In this document: piece by piece, positions 49,036-63,424 of the stretch
Position numbering within the stretch: position 1 is the stretch's first letter
Layout: each line of letters opens with the position of its first letter
Origin: Spirochaetia bacterium
GTDB lineage: Bacteria; Spirochaetota; Spirochaetia; DSM-2461
Length of the DNA: 64,000 nucleotides
Assembly: GCA_963666985.2 (NCBI GenBank)
Contig: CAXXIA010000002.1
Span: 992,001 to 1,056,000, forward strand
Direction: 5' to 3'
Program-made: the position numbers and the translations under genes
The notes under the pieces: model-generated
The model's input: only the letters and a program-made list of their open reading frames with translations
Told to the model about the DNA's origin: nothing
Databases searched by the model: none

Positions 49036-49791
49036 TTAAGCAACAGTTTCCGAACCGACGATGTAACCGACAATCTCATCGGAATTTGTTTTGCTTCTCT
49101 CCAAATCACAGACCTTTTCGCCCCTCCGCATCACAACGATACGATCCGCCACCGCGAAAACATCATGCATTTGATGACTGATAATAATAATTCCGATTCC
49201 ATGATCTTTTAAGGATTTCACCAGTTCCAAAACCTGATGCTGCTGAGCCACGCCCAAGGCGGCCGTCGGTTCGTCCATAATGAGGCATTTGGCGTTCCAG
49301 TATATCGAACGGGAAATTGCCACAGCCTGACGTTGTCCTCCCGAAAGAGAACGTACATTGTTGCGCAGACTCGGGATTTTTATATCCAGTTTTTTCAGGA
49401 TGCCCTTGGACTCTTCAAACATGTACTTATGATCCAAAACCTTAAACAGTCCCAGGGCTTTTTTTGTTTTTTCCCGGCCCAAAAAGATATTCGAATAGAC
49501 ATTGAGGTTTTCGGCAAGAGCCAAATCTTGATAAATCGTCTCTATGCCTTTGGAGAGCGCATCCATGGGTGTGGCGATTTTCGTTTCTTCTCCCATAACG
49601 AAAAGACTTCCTTCATCCGGCTGATGAACTCCCGAGATCATTTTGATTAAAGTGGACTTTCCCGCACCGTTGTCGCCAAGGAGTGCGACGACTTCCCCCG
49701 GTTTTACATAAAAATCAACGGAATTCACGGCCACCAAACCGCCGAATCGTTTTGTCAGTCCACGGGTTTCCACCAGGTACTCGCTCTTCAT
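49036..49791 (-). CDS. Sugar ABC ATP-binding protein (single domain)
   Basis: GDNGAGKS, IYQDLAL, LSGGQRQ and MDEPTAALG motifs. Confidence 0.95.
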   Translation of the reverse strand: MKSEYLVETRGLTKRFGGLVAVNSVDFYVKPGEVVALLGDNGAGKSTLIKMISGVHQPDEGSLFVMGEETKIATPMDALSKGIETIYQDLALAENLNVYSNIFLGREKTKKALGLFKVLDHKYMFEESKGILKKLDIKIPSLRNNVRSLSGGQRQAVAISRSIYWNAKCLIMDEPTAALGVAQQHQVLELVKSLKDHGIGIIIISHQMHDVFAVADRIVVMRRGEKVCDLERSKTNSDEIVGYIVGSETVA

Positions 49792-50861
49792 GATTCCTCC
49801 TTATCGGTATAGGTTCTATCCGGAAATAACTGATCAATCAAAACGGCCGAGATAAGAATGATGCCGACCATGATGTATTTATCGAATGTCGGGATACCCA
49901 TAAGGCGCATTCCCGTTTCCAGAATGGCGATAATGACTCCGCCGAGAATGGTTCGCCAGACAGTCCCTTTTCCGCCGCTGAGACTGGCTCCGCCTATAAC
50001 AACGGCGGCAATGGAATCCAGCAAAGAGGAAGCTCCGGCATCGGCCTTGCCGGTAACATACATCAGCATGTAAATAATGCCGGAGATGGCGGCAAGGAAG
50101 GACGAGAGCATATATATCTTCACCAGATGTCTATCCACGTTTATACCGGAACGGACTGCCGAATCGACATTCCCTCCGATGGCATAGGTATGCTGACCGA
50201 ATACGGTTCGTTTTAACAGAAACGCAAGTATCCCGATGGCCGCGAAGGCGATAACGACAATGTTGGGAATAAGTTCCAGAACGAACACTCCGCGAGCGAC
50301 TTGCGGCCGATTAAACATGGAGAAACCTACACCGGAAGACCAGTAAAAGACATAACCGTTTCCTATCGCATTGGCCAGATGCGGCAGATTTTTCGCGGCA
50401 CCTTCCTTGATTAAAAGTTCGGAGACGCCATGACTGATTCCAAGCATCGCAAAGGTTGCGATAAAGGGCGGAACTTTCAGTTTCGCGACCATCAATCCGC
50501 TTACCAAACCGGGAATCAAACCGATAAGAAGAGTCAAAACAATGCCGAGAAGCAGTGAGATGCCGTCACCCATCCCGCTTTCGGTTAAAGCAAAGATAAT
50601 TTTCGTGGACACGATACTTGAAAAACCCATCAGATATCCGACGGAAAGATCAATGCCTCCGGTAATGATGACGAAAAGCTCCGCGGTCCCGAGAAGAAAT
50701 ACCGTGGTCCCAAAAAACAGCACCATTTGAAATACGCGGATACTGAAAAAACCCTTCGCCGAGAGACCGAAAAAAACGATTTCCGCAAATAAAAAAATCA
50801 GGGCCCATCGACGCCCGATTTCCAAAAGAAGGTTTTTATTTCGTAATAAGTTCGTCTTCAT
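49788..50861 (-). CDS. Sugar ABC permease (RbsC family)
   Basis: IITGGIDLSVG, PPFIAT, YAIGGN and AAVVIGGASLSGG motifs. Confidence 0.95.
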   Translation of the reverse strand: MKTNLLRNKNLLLEIGRRWALIFLFAEIVFFGLSAKGFFSIRVFQMVLFFGTTVFLLGTAELFVIITGGIDLSVGYLMGFSSIVSTKIIFALTESGMGDGISLLLGIVLTLLIGLIPGLVSGLMVAKLKVPPFIATFAMLGISHGVSELLIKEGAAKNLPHLANAIGNGYVFYWSSGVGFSMFNRPQVARGVFVLELIPNIVVIAFAAIGILAFLLKRTVFGQHTYAIGGNVDSAVRSGINVDRHLVKIYMLSSFLAAISGIIYMLMYVTGKADAGASSLLDSIAAVVIGGASLSGGKGTVWRTILGGVIIAILETGMRLMGIPTFDKYIMVGIILISAVLIDQLFPDRTYTDKEES

Positions 50862-50871
50862 TCAAACCTCC

Positions 50872-51978
50872 TTACAAAAAGTCGGGGAAAAGCTGATCAA
50901 TAACCACGGCGATTATCAAAAGCAGCCCGACGGCGATAAATCGGTAGAAGGGTTCCACACCCGAAATAAGCAAACCGTTTTCCAAGAATGCAATGAGCAG
51001 CACGCCGACAAAGGAACCGATAATGCTTCCTTTCCCGCCTAACAGGCTTGCTCCGCCGATAACAACGGCCGCAACCGCAAAGAGTTCATACATGGCTCCG
51101 AAAGGAGTGAAATTCCCTATACCGGTCTGAAATACATTGAAGATTCCGGCAAGGCCGGCAATAAATGAAGAGAGAACGTATATTTTTACAATATGCCGTT
51201 TCACATCGATTCCCGATCGAATGGCGGCATCTTCATTCCCGCCGACGGCATAGGTATGCTGACCGAATGTCGTATTCCTCAGTAAATGCCAAAGGATGAG
51301 AACTATAATTCCCAAAAAAAGAAAAGAATTGGGAATCAGACGAGTAAACTCTCGAATGGATTCGTTTCCGACGCCCTCAGGTAATCCGAAAAGGCTGATG
51401 CCGGTTCCTTTCCGAAAATAGAAAACATAGCCGTTCCCAATTTTAGTCAGCACATCGGGAAGCATAGCCACAGGGAAGCCTTCACTGATTTTCAGGGCGA
51501 TTCCATTGGTGATTCCCCACATACCAAGGGTTGCGATAAACGGCGGAACTTGATATCGGGCAATTAATAATCCGCTGATTAAGCCCGGTATCAAGCTGAG
51601 AACAAGTACGGCGGCAACGGCGGTTATGATGGCGGCGGCGGGCGGTGTCCCTTCTCCCGCCGCAAACATTACCTGAATAATTTTCCCCGCGGTCACCGAC
51701 GAAAAGCCCATTACGAAACCGACCGAAAGATCAATACCTCCGGTAATGATGACAAAAGTTTCGGCACAAGCCATTAATACGGCGATAACACCCAGATGAA
51801 TGACATTTTGGAAGTTTGTAATGCGAAAAAAACCCTTCCCGGTGAAACTGAAAATAACAATGAAAATCAGAAGAAAAAAGGCCGCCCAGTGATGAGCGAT
51901 AACAGAGAAAGCCCTGTTCCCTCGGATTGTATCGGCACGGCTGCTCCCCAAACTCGATTCCTCCTTCTTCAAATACAC
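50872..51978 (-). CDS. Sugar ABC permease (RbsC family)
   Basis: IITGGIDLSVG, PPFIATLG, YAVGGN and AAVVIGGASLLGG motifs; paralogue of the next gene; exact start uncertain. Confidence 0.93.
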   Translation of the reverse strand: MYLKKEESSLGSSRADTIRGNRAFSVIAHHWAAFFLLIFIVIFSFTGKGFFRITNFQNVIHLGVIAVLMACAETFVIITGGIDLSVGFVMGFSSVTAGKIIQVMFAAGEGTPPAAAIITAVAAVLVLSLIPGLISGLLIARYQVPPFIATLGMWGITNGIALKISEGFPVAMLPDVLTKIGNGYVFYFRKGTGISLFGLPEGVGNESIREFTRLIPNSFLFLGIIVLILWHLLRNTTFGQHTYAVGGNEDAAIRSGIDVKRHIVKIYVLSSFIAGLAGIFNVFQTGIGNFTPFGAMYELFAVAAVVIGGASLLGGKGSIIGSFVGVLLIAFLENGLLISGVEPFYRFIAVGLLLIIAVVIDQLFPDFL

Positions 51979-51985
51979 ATATTAT

Positions 51986-52017
51986 AAAAGAGGGAACCCC
52001 GAAGGGCTCCCCCTTTT
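51986..52017 (-). terminator. Hairpin after the binding-protein gene (partial terminator or mRNA stabiliser)
   Basis: Minus strand AAAAGGGGGAGCCC-TTCG-GGGTTCCCTCTTTT. Confidence 0.7.
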
Positions 52018-52031
52018 CCGGACGGATGGAA

Positions 52032-53030
52032 CTATTTGTAGATATATTGATCCATCGCAGGATCGTTCACATTCTCTTGTGTAAAGAATTCAAATCCGGG
52101 GATTACCTTGGCGGGTACTTCGGCACCGTCGGTAAGGAACTTATATCCCCACTCAACCGCCAAAGAACCGATTTCGTAAGGCTTCTGAGCAAGAACCAAA
52201 TCAACTTCACCTTTTTTAAGGGCGTTGATCATATCAACAGTGGCGTCCCATGTGGCGATTTTTACCGCTCCGGTTAATCCGGCATTCACAACCGCCTGAT
52301 AGGCACCTTGAGAAGAAAATACGTTTGTGGCGAAAATCCCGCCGATGTCGGGATCTTTTTGAAGAGCGGCCAATGTCTGATCGGTAGCTTTCTGCTGAAC
52401 ATCCAAATTGTAATCGATACCTACGAGTTCAATAGCGGAAAAAGCGGCAATACCTTCTTCAAAACCCCGAACACGACCGGCAACGGAAGAAACATCGGGA
52501 TTGGTGGTATTGATATACGCTTTTCCGGATTCGCCCATCAGTTTCGCCAATTCTGCGGCAATCTCACGTCCGCCCTTCTCATTATCCGAACCAATATAGC
52601 TCAAAGGGAAGGAATACTCGCTCTTCTTCGAGTAGTCTCCATCTCCGAGGAAGGTATCTACAGTGATAATTTCAATCCCCTGATCGTAAAGTTTCTTCAA
52701 GGGCGAAACCAGGGCATCCACGGAAGTTGGGGCAATAAGAATCATATCGATTCCGCCCTGTGCGGCGGTTGCTTCAAGAATGGGAACCTGAGCTTCAGGG
52801 CCCCAAGACTTCGGGAATTCCGCTACGATCAACTTAACACCGAGTTCTTCCGCTTTGGCCTTAATACCTTTTTCCATCATGTAATAAAACGGATCCGCGA
52901 CACCGGGCATGAACATCATGGTGATTGTATCATCTCCGCCTGCCGTATCTTTTCCGCCGGCGGCGGAAACAGGCATGGCGAGAAAAACCAGCATGATGAG
53001 GGCGCTGAACAGTAAAACGCTTTTTTTCAT
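52032..53030 (-). CDS. Sugar ABC substrate-binding protein (RbsB family)
   Basis: AAGGAG RBS before ATG 53030; DPFY, ILIAP, IGSDNEKGG, R..GF and AQKPYEIG motifs. Confidence 0.95.
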   Translation of the reverse strand: MKKSVLLFSALIMLVFLAMPVSAAGGKDTAGGDDTITMMFMPGVADPFYYMMEKGIKAKAEELGVKLIVAEFPKSWGPEAQVPILEATAAQGGIDMILIAPTSVDALVSPLKKLYDQGIEIITVDTFLGDGDYSKKSEYSFPLSYIGSDNEKGGREIAAELAKLMGESGKAYINTTNPDVSSVAGRVRGFEEGIAAFSAIELVGIDYNLDVQQKATDQTLAALQKDPDIGGIFATNVFSSQGAYQAVVNAGLTGAVKIATWDATVDMINALKKGEVDLVLAQKPYEIGSLAVEWGYKFLTDGAEVPAKVIPGFEFFTQENVNDPAMDQYIYK

Positions 53031-53075
53031 GAAAAGCTCCTTTCTTGGTTTTGGCATTTTGCCGTGAAATTAAAA

Positions 53076-53092
53076 TGCAAAATCCATGCCCA
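53076..53092 (-). promoter_or_regulatory. Sigma54 -24/-12 promoter
   Basis: TGGGCATGGATTTTGCA (GG-N10-GC), about 45 nt upstream of the binding-protein start. Confidence 0.8.
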
Positions 53093-53232
53093 ATTTGATT
53101 TCAGACGGTGGAAAAATCGAAGAATCCCGTTAAATATTTACAGGGGAAATAATAGAACAACCGTCTTCTTATTGTAATCCCTTTGTTTAAGAACACGCTT
53201 CTATAATGAATCAAAGTATGCTGGTAACCATC

Positions 53233-53260
53233 TGACCCAATGTGGGACAAAAATGTCCCA
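53233..53260. promoter_or_regulatory. Upstream activator sequence for the NtrC-family protein
   Basis: TGACCCA-ATG-TGGGACA-AAAA-TGTCCCA, about 150 bp upstream of the -24 element. Confidence 0.7.
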
Positions 53261-53687
53261 TAACGGATAGGAGATTCGCTCTTCTCTCATTGTGATTTTT
53301 TTCGATTCCGGTTTCTTCTCCGCATGAATGCAACATTGAAAATCAAAGCCGGAAACATTATCAGGACCAAATTCGACTCCAACCGCATGGCAAGGAGTAT
53401 GTTCTCCTTATCTGCAACCATAAGGCTGCTGTGAGAATAGAACCGAGAAAAGCCTTGAGGACTTATGTAAAAGGAAAAACAAGGACCGCTTTGCTCCCTT
53501 CAGGAGATTCTCGTAATTTGGGAGACTTAGAAATCCATCCGAATACACTTTTCCTACAAATCGATGAAGCAAGTTCACCGCTATTCAAAGCTCAAATCGC
53601 CGGATATCGAGTGTTGCGATTTCAAATCGAAACATTTTCTTTTTAGAGGCCGAGAGCCCAACAAAAATTGTCGAAACAAGAAGTTCT

Positions 53688-55538
53688 TTAGTGAACATCG
53701 CCGCCCGTAGCGCGATTCTCGGTCTTAACCGAACGATTTTTTCTTCCCGAAGAAGTCGATGTCTTCTTTCCGTTGGGCTGTCCGTAGACTGATTGCCAAG
53801 CGCCCCTGAAAAAGGACGCCGCGTTCGCTCCCAGGCTGCGGGTACGGTACCCGCCCTCCTGGATAAAAAGAACGGGAAGGTTGAGATCCGCAATCATCGC
53901 GCCGTTCTTCTCAAAGTCCTTCGCCCTCAGCAGCCAGCTCCCGGTAGGGTCGCCCTGGGCGGTGTCCAGTCCCAAGGCCACCACGAGGAAGCGGGGATGA
54001 TAGCGTGCAATTCTCTCCAAAGCCTTCCGGAGTGTTTCCCGGTATTCATCGCCTCCGATATCGTCACCGAGAGGATAATTTACGTTGAAGCCTTGTCCCT
54101 GCCCCTCGCCGGTCTCTTCCTTGAATCCGCTGAAATAAGGATAAGCCGCCCGCGGATGACCATGGATAGAGAGAGTGAAGACATCCGGTCTTCGGTAAAA
54201 AATATCTTGGGTGCCGTTCCCGTGATGATAGTCAATATCAAGAACGGCAACCTTACCATGACGGCTGAGGTAATCGGCGGCGATAGCGGTATTGTTCAGG
54301 TAGCAAAATCCGCCGAAGGCCCGCCGCTCGGCGTGATGCCCCGGAGGCCGCACCAGGGCGTACGCAAGACGTCCACCGCCGAGAATTTCCTCGGCACCCG
54401 CTACCGCGCAGTCGGCGGCGGCCCGTGCGGCGGACCAAGCGTTCTTGCTGATTGGCGTAAAGGTGTCCATACAGTAGTATCCCGCCTTCAGGGGAAGATC
54501 GACGGGAGGACGAGCGCGGTTGCGCAAAGGAAAAACATAAGGATAAACGGATTCTTTCTCGCCCAATTGAGAGCAGACATCGCGGAGATATTTTACAAAA
54601 TCATGATCATGTACGGCATGAATAAGCGAATCCGGACAATGCCGCGCACGCACCCGTCGGAAAATCTCGGTTTTATCAATTTCATCAAGAATACGGGAAA
54701 TTCTTACCGGGGCCTCCAGGTAGCCTTTATCGGCGATATGGTGGATGGTGTGTCCTTCGGTAACAATCAAAGCGATACGCCGGTCGAACGAGGGCTTTTC
54801 GGCAGGCGGAGGAGGAGGCGGGGCGGCTGACGACGTCCGATAACGGGGAGCTCTGAGGAGAACGGGATCGTCTTTAACGGAGCGTACCACCTTCGCGATG
54901 TATTCCGGAGTACAGATGTCTCCGAACTTACGCTCCAGAATGGCTCGAATGATCAGCTTTAGCTGGCTTTTCTTCAGGACACCTTCTTCTCCGAGACCGT
55001 CAAAAACAAGAAAGGGCAGGTTGTCCCGATCCTGAGACTTCTCACTCCAGGGTTCCTGATAGGCGATATTAACGATAGGCCTTGCGCCGTAACGCTCATA
55101 GAAGCGCAAGCGGGCGATACTCTCTTTGAGTACAGCCTCGTCTCGGCAGAGTTCGGCTTCGTCGGGCAGTACCTCGAAGAAGACTCCAAGGCATCCTAGT
55201 GATTTAGCTTCTTCCCGCACACGCTCGTAGAGGCTGCCTCCTATCCCTCGGCCGGTCTTAGAACCCGAAGCCGCCGAAATATAATCCAGATAGCAGAACC
55301 TTAGGTTTGGCTCAATGGACACGAGGGCGAAGCCTTCCACTTGGTCACGTCCACGATCCGCAACGAAAAGGTGATAGCGGAACCGTTCTTTAAGCGGATT
55401 CCGAAGTTTCTCAGGAAGTCGGCGCGCCTCCGCGTCGGTCATCTCGGGAAACTGCTGCTTCATGATATACTGCACCTGCTCAATCCGGCGGGCGTCCAGA
55501 GGCGCGGTATCGTCAAAAACACGGCGGATTCTATACAT
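53688..55538 (-). CDS. GNAT acetyltransferase fused to an HDAC-family (acetylpolyamine amidohydrolase-like) deacetylase
   Basis: N-terminal YLDYISA...GRGIGGSLY...RLRFYERYG; poly-Pro linker; RPPGHHA, GFCYLNN, DIDYHHGNGTQ, LGLD...GDP and QEGGY motifs. Confidence 0.92.
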   Translation of the reverse strand: MYRIRRVFDDTAPLDARRIEQVQYIMKQQFPEMTDAEARRLPEKLRNPLKERFRYHLFVADRGRDQVEGFALVSIEPNLRFCYLDYISAASGSKTGRGIGGSLYERVREEAKSLGCLGVFFEVLPDEAELCRDEAVLKESIARLRFYERYGARPIVNIAYQEPWSEKSQDRDNLPFLVFDGLGEEGVLKKSQLKLIIRAILERKFGDICTPEYIAKVVRSVKDDPVLLRAPRYRTSSAAPPPPPPAEKPSFDRRIALIVTEGHTIHHIADKGYLEAPVRISRILDEIDKTEIFRRVRARHCPDSLIHAVHDHDFVKYLRDVCSQLGEKESVYPYVFPLRNRARPPVDLPLKAGYYCMDTFTPISKNAWSAARAAADCAVAGAEEILGGGRLAYALVRPPGHHAERRAFGGFCYLNNTAIAADYLSRHGKVAVLDIDYHHGNGTQDIFYRRPDVFTLSIHGHPRAAYPYFSGFKEETGEGQGQGFNVNYPLGDDIGGDEYRETLRKALERIARYHPRFLVVALGLDTAQGDPTGSWLLRAKDFEKNGAMIADLNLPVLFIQEGGYRTRSLGANAASFFRGAWQSVYGQPNGKKTSTSSGRKNRSVKTENRATGGDVH

Positions 55539-55730
55539 CGGCTTGTTCCCCCGAAAAAGAACTTGGTGAGTCAGAGTCTATCGAGAGGAGAAAAGCAGGA
55601 CAAGGAGATCTCCTCCTGATTCCTGTAGGCTCCTTTCCCCTCCCTGGGCTTTCCAATGGACGGCCGCGGTCTCCTCGCCGAAACAAGATTTCGGCTGAGT
55701 TTGATAGGCCGGCTGTGGTGCCGTAGGAAC

Positions 55731-55796
55731 AAAGAAAAGCCCCAAGCATTGGAGTAAAAGAAAAGCAAGATGCTCAATCTCCAAAACTTGGGGCTT
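55731..55796 (-). terminator. rRNA operon terminator
   Basis: AAGCCCCAAG...CTTGGGGCTT stem followed by TTCTTT on the minus strand, just after 5S. Confidence 0.6.
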
Positions 55797-55804
55797 AAAA
55801 AAAA

Positions 55805-55915
55805 CCTGGCGACGACCTACTCTCCCACAACAAGTGCAGTACCATCGGCGCTGGCGGGCTTAACGACCGTGTTCGGGATGGGAACGGGTGTGGCCCCGCC
55901 GCCATAGTCACCAGG
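55805..55915 (-). rRNA. rrf: 5S rRNA
   Basis: CCTGGTGAC...CACACCCGTTCCCATCCCGAACACGG...GCCGATGGTACT...GGGAGAGTAGGTCGTCGCCAGG. Confidence 0.97.
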
Positions 55916-56133
55916 TTAGATTACCTAGAGGAATATTGGGCGCTGCTTATCAAGCAGCTATGTTCTTCAGGCCGACTTTTCATCAGCCCCGGATGCAATC
56001 CGATCTTTATTCTCAAGATCAATTTGCACCTCTCGGAAGGGTGACTGCCTTCGGCAGTATCCTTCCCTCATCTCGGCAGTGAATGAACACGTTCATTCAT
56101 TGCTCTCGATTTCGTGAAGGGTTAAAGAATAAT

Positions 56134-59068
<2,935 letters not shown>

Positions 59069-59272
59069 ATTATTCTTTAACCCTTCCCTATTAGGTCCAA
59101 TTCACCTTGGACGTGCAAATTACAACGTCTATGTGAACCGAAGGCGGAAATAGACTTGGTAATTTGCCAAGACGGCCAAATGAATTGGACCGCTCGCCAT
59201 GTTACCGACGAATCCAGATCTGCCGATTCACGCTCACGTAAATCAAACCTCATTACTATTTCAAAGAACCTT

Positions 59273-59346
59273 TGGAGGCACGGGGACTCGAACCCCGGAC
59301 CCCCGGCTTGCAAAGCCGGTGCTCTAGCCAACTGAGCTATGCCCCC
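59273..59346 (-). tRNA. tRNA-Ala (TGC), CCA not encoded
   Basis: GGGGGCATAGCTCAGTTGGCTAGAGCACCGGCT-TTGCAA-GCCGG...GGTTCGAGTCCCCGTGCCTCCA, with a G3:U70 pair. Confidence 0.97.
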
Positions 59347-59572
59347 GGCTGTTAATTGCGATTTCGGAACAGAGAAGAGAAGAAAGAGACACGCTTTGCG
59401 GCCGAAGCCGCATCCTGTCGAAACTCGAATACTCGCTAAAACGCTTACGCATTTCAGCTGTTTTGCGTCGGCATACACAAAATCCGACGACTTTTGGACT
59501 GTTATCGTCCTTGTGCTCGCTACGTTCCTCGGCCAAAGACCTGCGGTACGCAGCTGCTTACCTTTCACATTG

Positions 59573-61114
<1,542 letters not shown>

Positions 61115-61430
61115 ATAATAAGCGTCCGAAGACGCTCTTTCTCATAGGTGTTCTTCGCCATCTCTCAATCCTAAAATTAAGTCATGGCTTTCGTGCCCTC
61201 ATCGGACACCGGGGTGGCTCACCCCTTGCCAGAGTCGTATCACAGGAACTCTCGCTCCTATAACAACCCCGACATCATTGACGAGTTCTTAACTCGACAA
61301 GATTCTTAGAATGCGATTTTTCTTTCTTGCAAAAGTAAAATCACACCCCAGAACAGGCGCACTCCGCGACATTTCATTCGCCGCTTCACGCGCCACGCGT
61401 GGTCTCTTTCTTCCCTTCCCTGTTCTTCTG

Positions 61431-61439
61431 CAAAGAACC
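61431..61439 (-). promoter_or_regulatory. boxA-like antitermination element (second copy at 59262-59270)
   Basis: GGTTCTTTG precedes both the 16S processing stem and the 23S part of the spacer. Confidence 0.6.
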
Positions 61440-61550
61440 ATAAAAACCGGAATCTTTCATCCGGAATAAGCAATTCGACCGAGTTTTGAGTATCACCTCA
61501 AGCCCGCTTCGTTTTGCCGCGCTTCGCCGTCTCCGCAAGGCGCGAGGAGG

Positions 61551-61579
61551 AATCTACCCTCCTGACGCATTTTGGTCAA
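61551..61579 (-). promoter_or_regulatory. rRNA operon sigma70 promoter
   Basis: TTGACC-N17-TAGATT followed by a GC-rich discriminator. Confidence 0.7.
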
Positions 61580-61849
61580 GACATTCCGAATAAAAAAATC
61601 GGAACTGTTTCATTCCGACTTAATTATGGAGCTCAAATGCAGGTTTTTTCAAAAAAAAAGACTCTCGGCACCTCTCCGAAAAGCCGCTCCGTGCATCTTA
61701 AAAGGTTTTCATTCGCTCTTTCTCTCCCTGCTAAACAAAAAGTTGGAGAAATGAGAACCGACCGAAATAAATCTTTTAATAATAAACTATAGAACCTATC
61801 GCTTAGAGGCCGATAGTAAGGATAAACCTTATGTAAAAAAGAGAAATTG

Positions 61850-63388
61850 ATGGGCCTTTTGGATACCACCAGCAAAATTAATATGGACTCTTCACCTGAA
61901 AAAATGGCGGAAGAACTCACGAAAACGCGGGAGAAACTCAAAAGAGCCCATCGGCATAATGAAGCCCTCGTTTCTCAGGTTAACAATCTGCTGCACTTCA
62001 TCAACGAGCAGAATCAGCGAAAAAGAGATCTTCAGCAAAGAATCAATATCAATCCGAAAACGGGTCTTTCCAATCACTATAAGATGGATCAGGATTTCCA
62101 AAAGTTCTTCGGTTCCTATATGGAGCAGACCGAACAGCCCCCGGGTGCGGTTATCCTGATAAAGCTGGACAACAACTACGACATTATAAACAAAACACAG
62201 AAACCGTCGGTCAGTGAGTGGATTATTTATAAAATAAGCACACGCATTAAAGAAACAATCGGAACGGAAATCCCGCTCTACCATACTCGTGACGATGAAT
62301 TCATTCTGCTTGTTTCTGAGATCGGAACGAAAGAGAAGCTGCGCCCCCTTATCGAAGAAATCTCAGCGGAAGTGGCAAAACCCCATATCTTCTCCGGATA
62401 CCATATCACCATAGGCTGCCAGATCGGCATTTCGTTTTTCCCGGAACATGGAATCAGCAAAAGTCATTTGTTGAACAATTCGGACATAGCTCTTAACTAC
62501 GCGAAGCGATACAGCAAGAAATACGTCTTCTTCACGGATAACATGCGGGAAGAAGTCGTCCAGAAAATGGAACTGCAGAACAGCATCATCAAAGCTCTGG
62601 AAGAGCAGTCCATGCGGGAAATCGATAAACAGTTCTTTATGTATCTGCAGCCGGTGGTCACCTTGGACGGGATAAAAGACGGCGTTCCGCTGATACGGAA
62701 GGTTGACGCCGAAGCCCTGATCCGCTGGAATCACCCGGTACGCGGCATGATTTCCCCGGAAACCTTCATTCCCATCGCAGAGGAAACCGGTCTGATCATC
62801 ATCATCGGAAAATGGGTTCTGTATACGGCGACCGGTCTGATTGAAAGCTGGTCGAAAGCGAAAAGCATTAATTCCACCCTGGCCATCAACGTCTCGCCGC
62901 GTCAATTCAACAACGACGATCTGCTCGACTCCATTAAAAGAATCGTCGACTACCGAAATATCGATCCGGACCGCATTGAAATCGAAATAACGGAAAACAG
63001 CTTTCTCGACGATCCCGACGAAGCTTCGGCCAAGATAAAGAGACTCAAGGACATGGGCATCAAGATTGCCATCGATGATTTCGGTACGGGATTTTCATCG
63101 GTCAATTATCTGCGGAAACTTCCCGTCGACGTCGTTAAGATCGACCGCAGCTTCATCACAAATATCACGAACAGCAAACAAGACGAATCAATCGTCAAGG
63201 CGATAATCGCCATGTCTTCCGAACTCGGATTAACAAACATTGTCGAAGGCGTGGAAACATTGGAACAGATCGAACTGCTCATGCATCTCGGAATCAGGAG
63301 ATTCCAGGGATTCTATTTCTCCAAATCCATGGCTTCGGCCGATTTTGAAGCGTTCTACAAAACACACATACCGAACAGAATCGATTAA
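61850..63388 (+). CDS. c-di-GMP phosphodiesterase: coiled coil, degenerate GGDEF, EAL
   Basis: RDDEF in place of GGDEF; EALIRW, INVS, EITE, DDFGTGFSS, KIDRSF, EGVE and QGF intact. Confidence 0.93.
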   Translation: MGLLDTTSKINMDSSPEKMAEELTKTREKLKRAHRHNEALVSQVNNLLHFINEQNQRKRDLQQRININPKTGLSNHYKMDQDFQKFFGSYMEQTEQPPGAVILIKLDNNYDIINKTQKPSVSEWIIYKISTRIKETIGTEIPLYHTRDDEFILLVSEIGTKEKLRPLIEEISAEVAKPHIFSGYHITIGCQIGISFFPEHGISKSHLLNNSDIALNYAKRYSKKYVFFTDNMREEVVQKMELQNSIIKALEEQSMREIDKQFFMYLQPVVTLDGIKDGVPLIRKVDAEALIRWNHPVRGMISPETFIPIAEETGLIIIIGKWVLYTATGLIESWSKAKSINSTLAINVSPRQFNNDDLLDSIKRIVDYRNIDPDRIEIEITENSFLDDPDEASAKIKRLKDMGIKIAIDDFGTGFSSVNYLRKLPVDVVKIDRSFITNITNSKQDESIVKAIIAMSSELGLTNIVEGVETLEQIELLMHLGIRRFQGFYFSKSMASADFEAFYKTHIPNRID

Positions 63389-63424
63389 AGATCGTGTATC
63401 GAACCTCAGATTACCAAAGGCTTC

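Noticed and set aside
53431..53646. 71-aa ORF in the intergenic region
   Set aside because: GTG start without a clear RBS and no recognisable motif; cannot be supported, though not excluded.
55539..55730. Riboswitch in the GNAT-HDAC leader
   Set aside because: Some purine/pyrimidine pairing is possible, but I saw no recognisable aptamer motif or expression platform.
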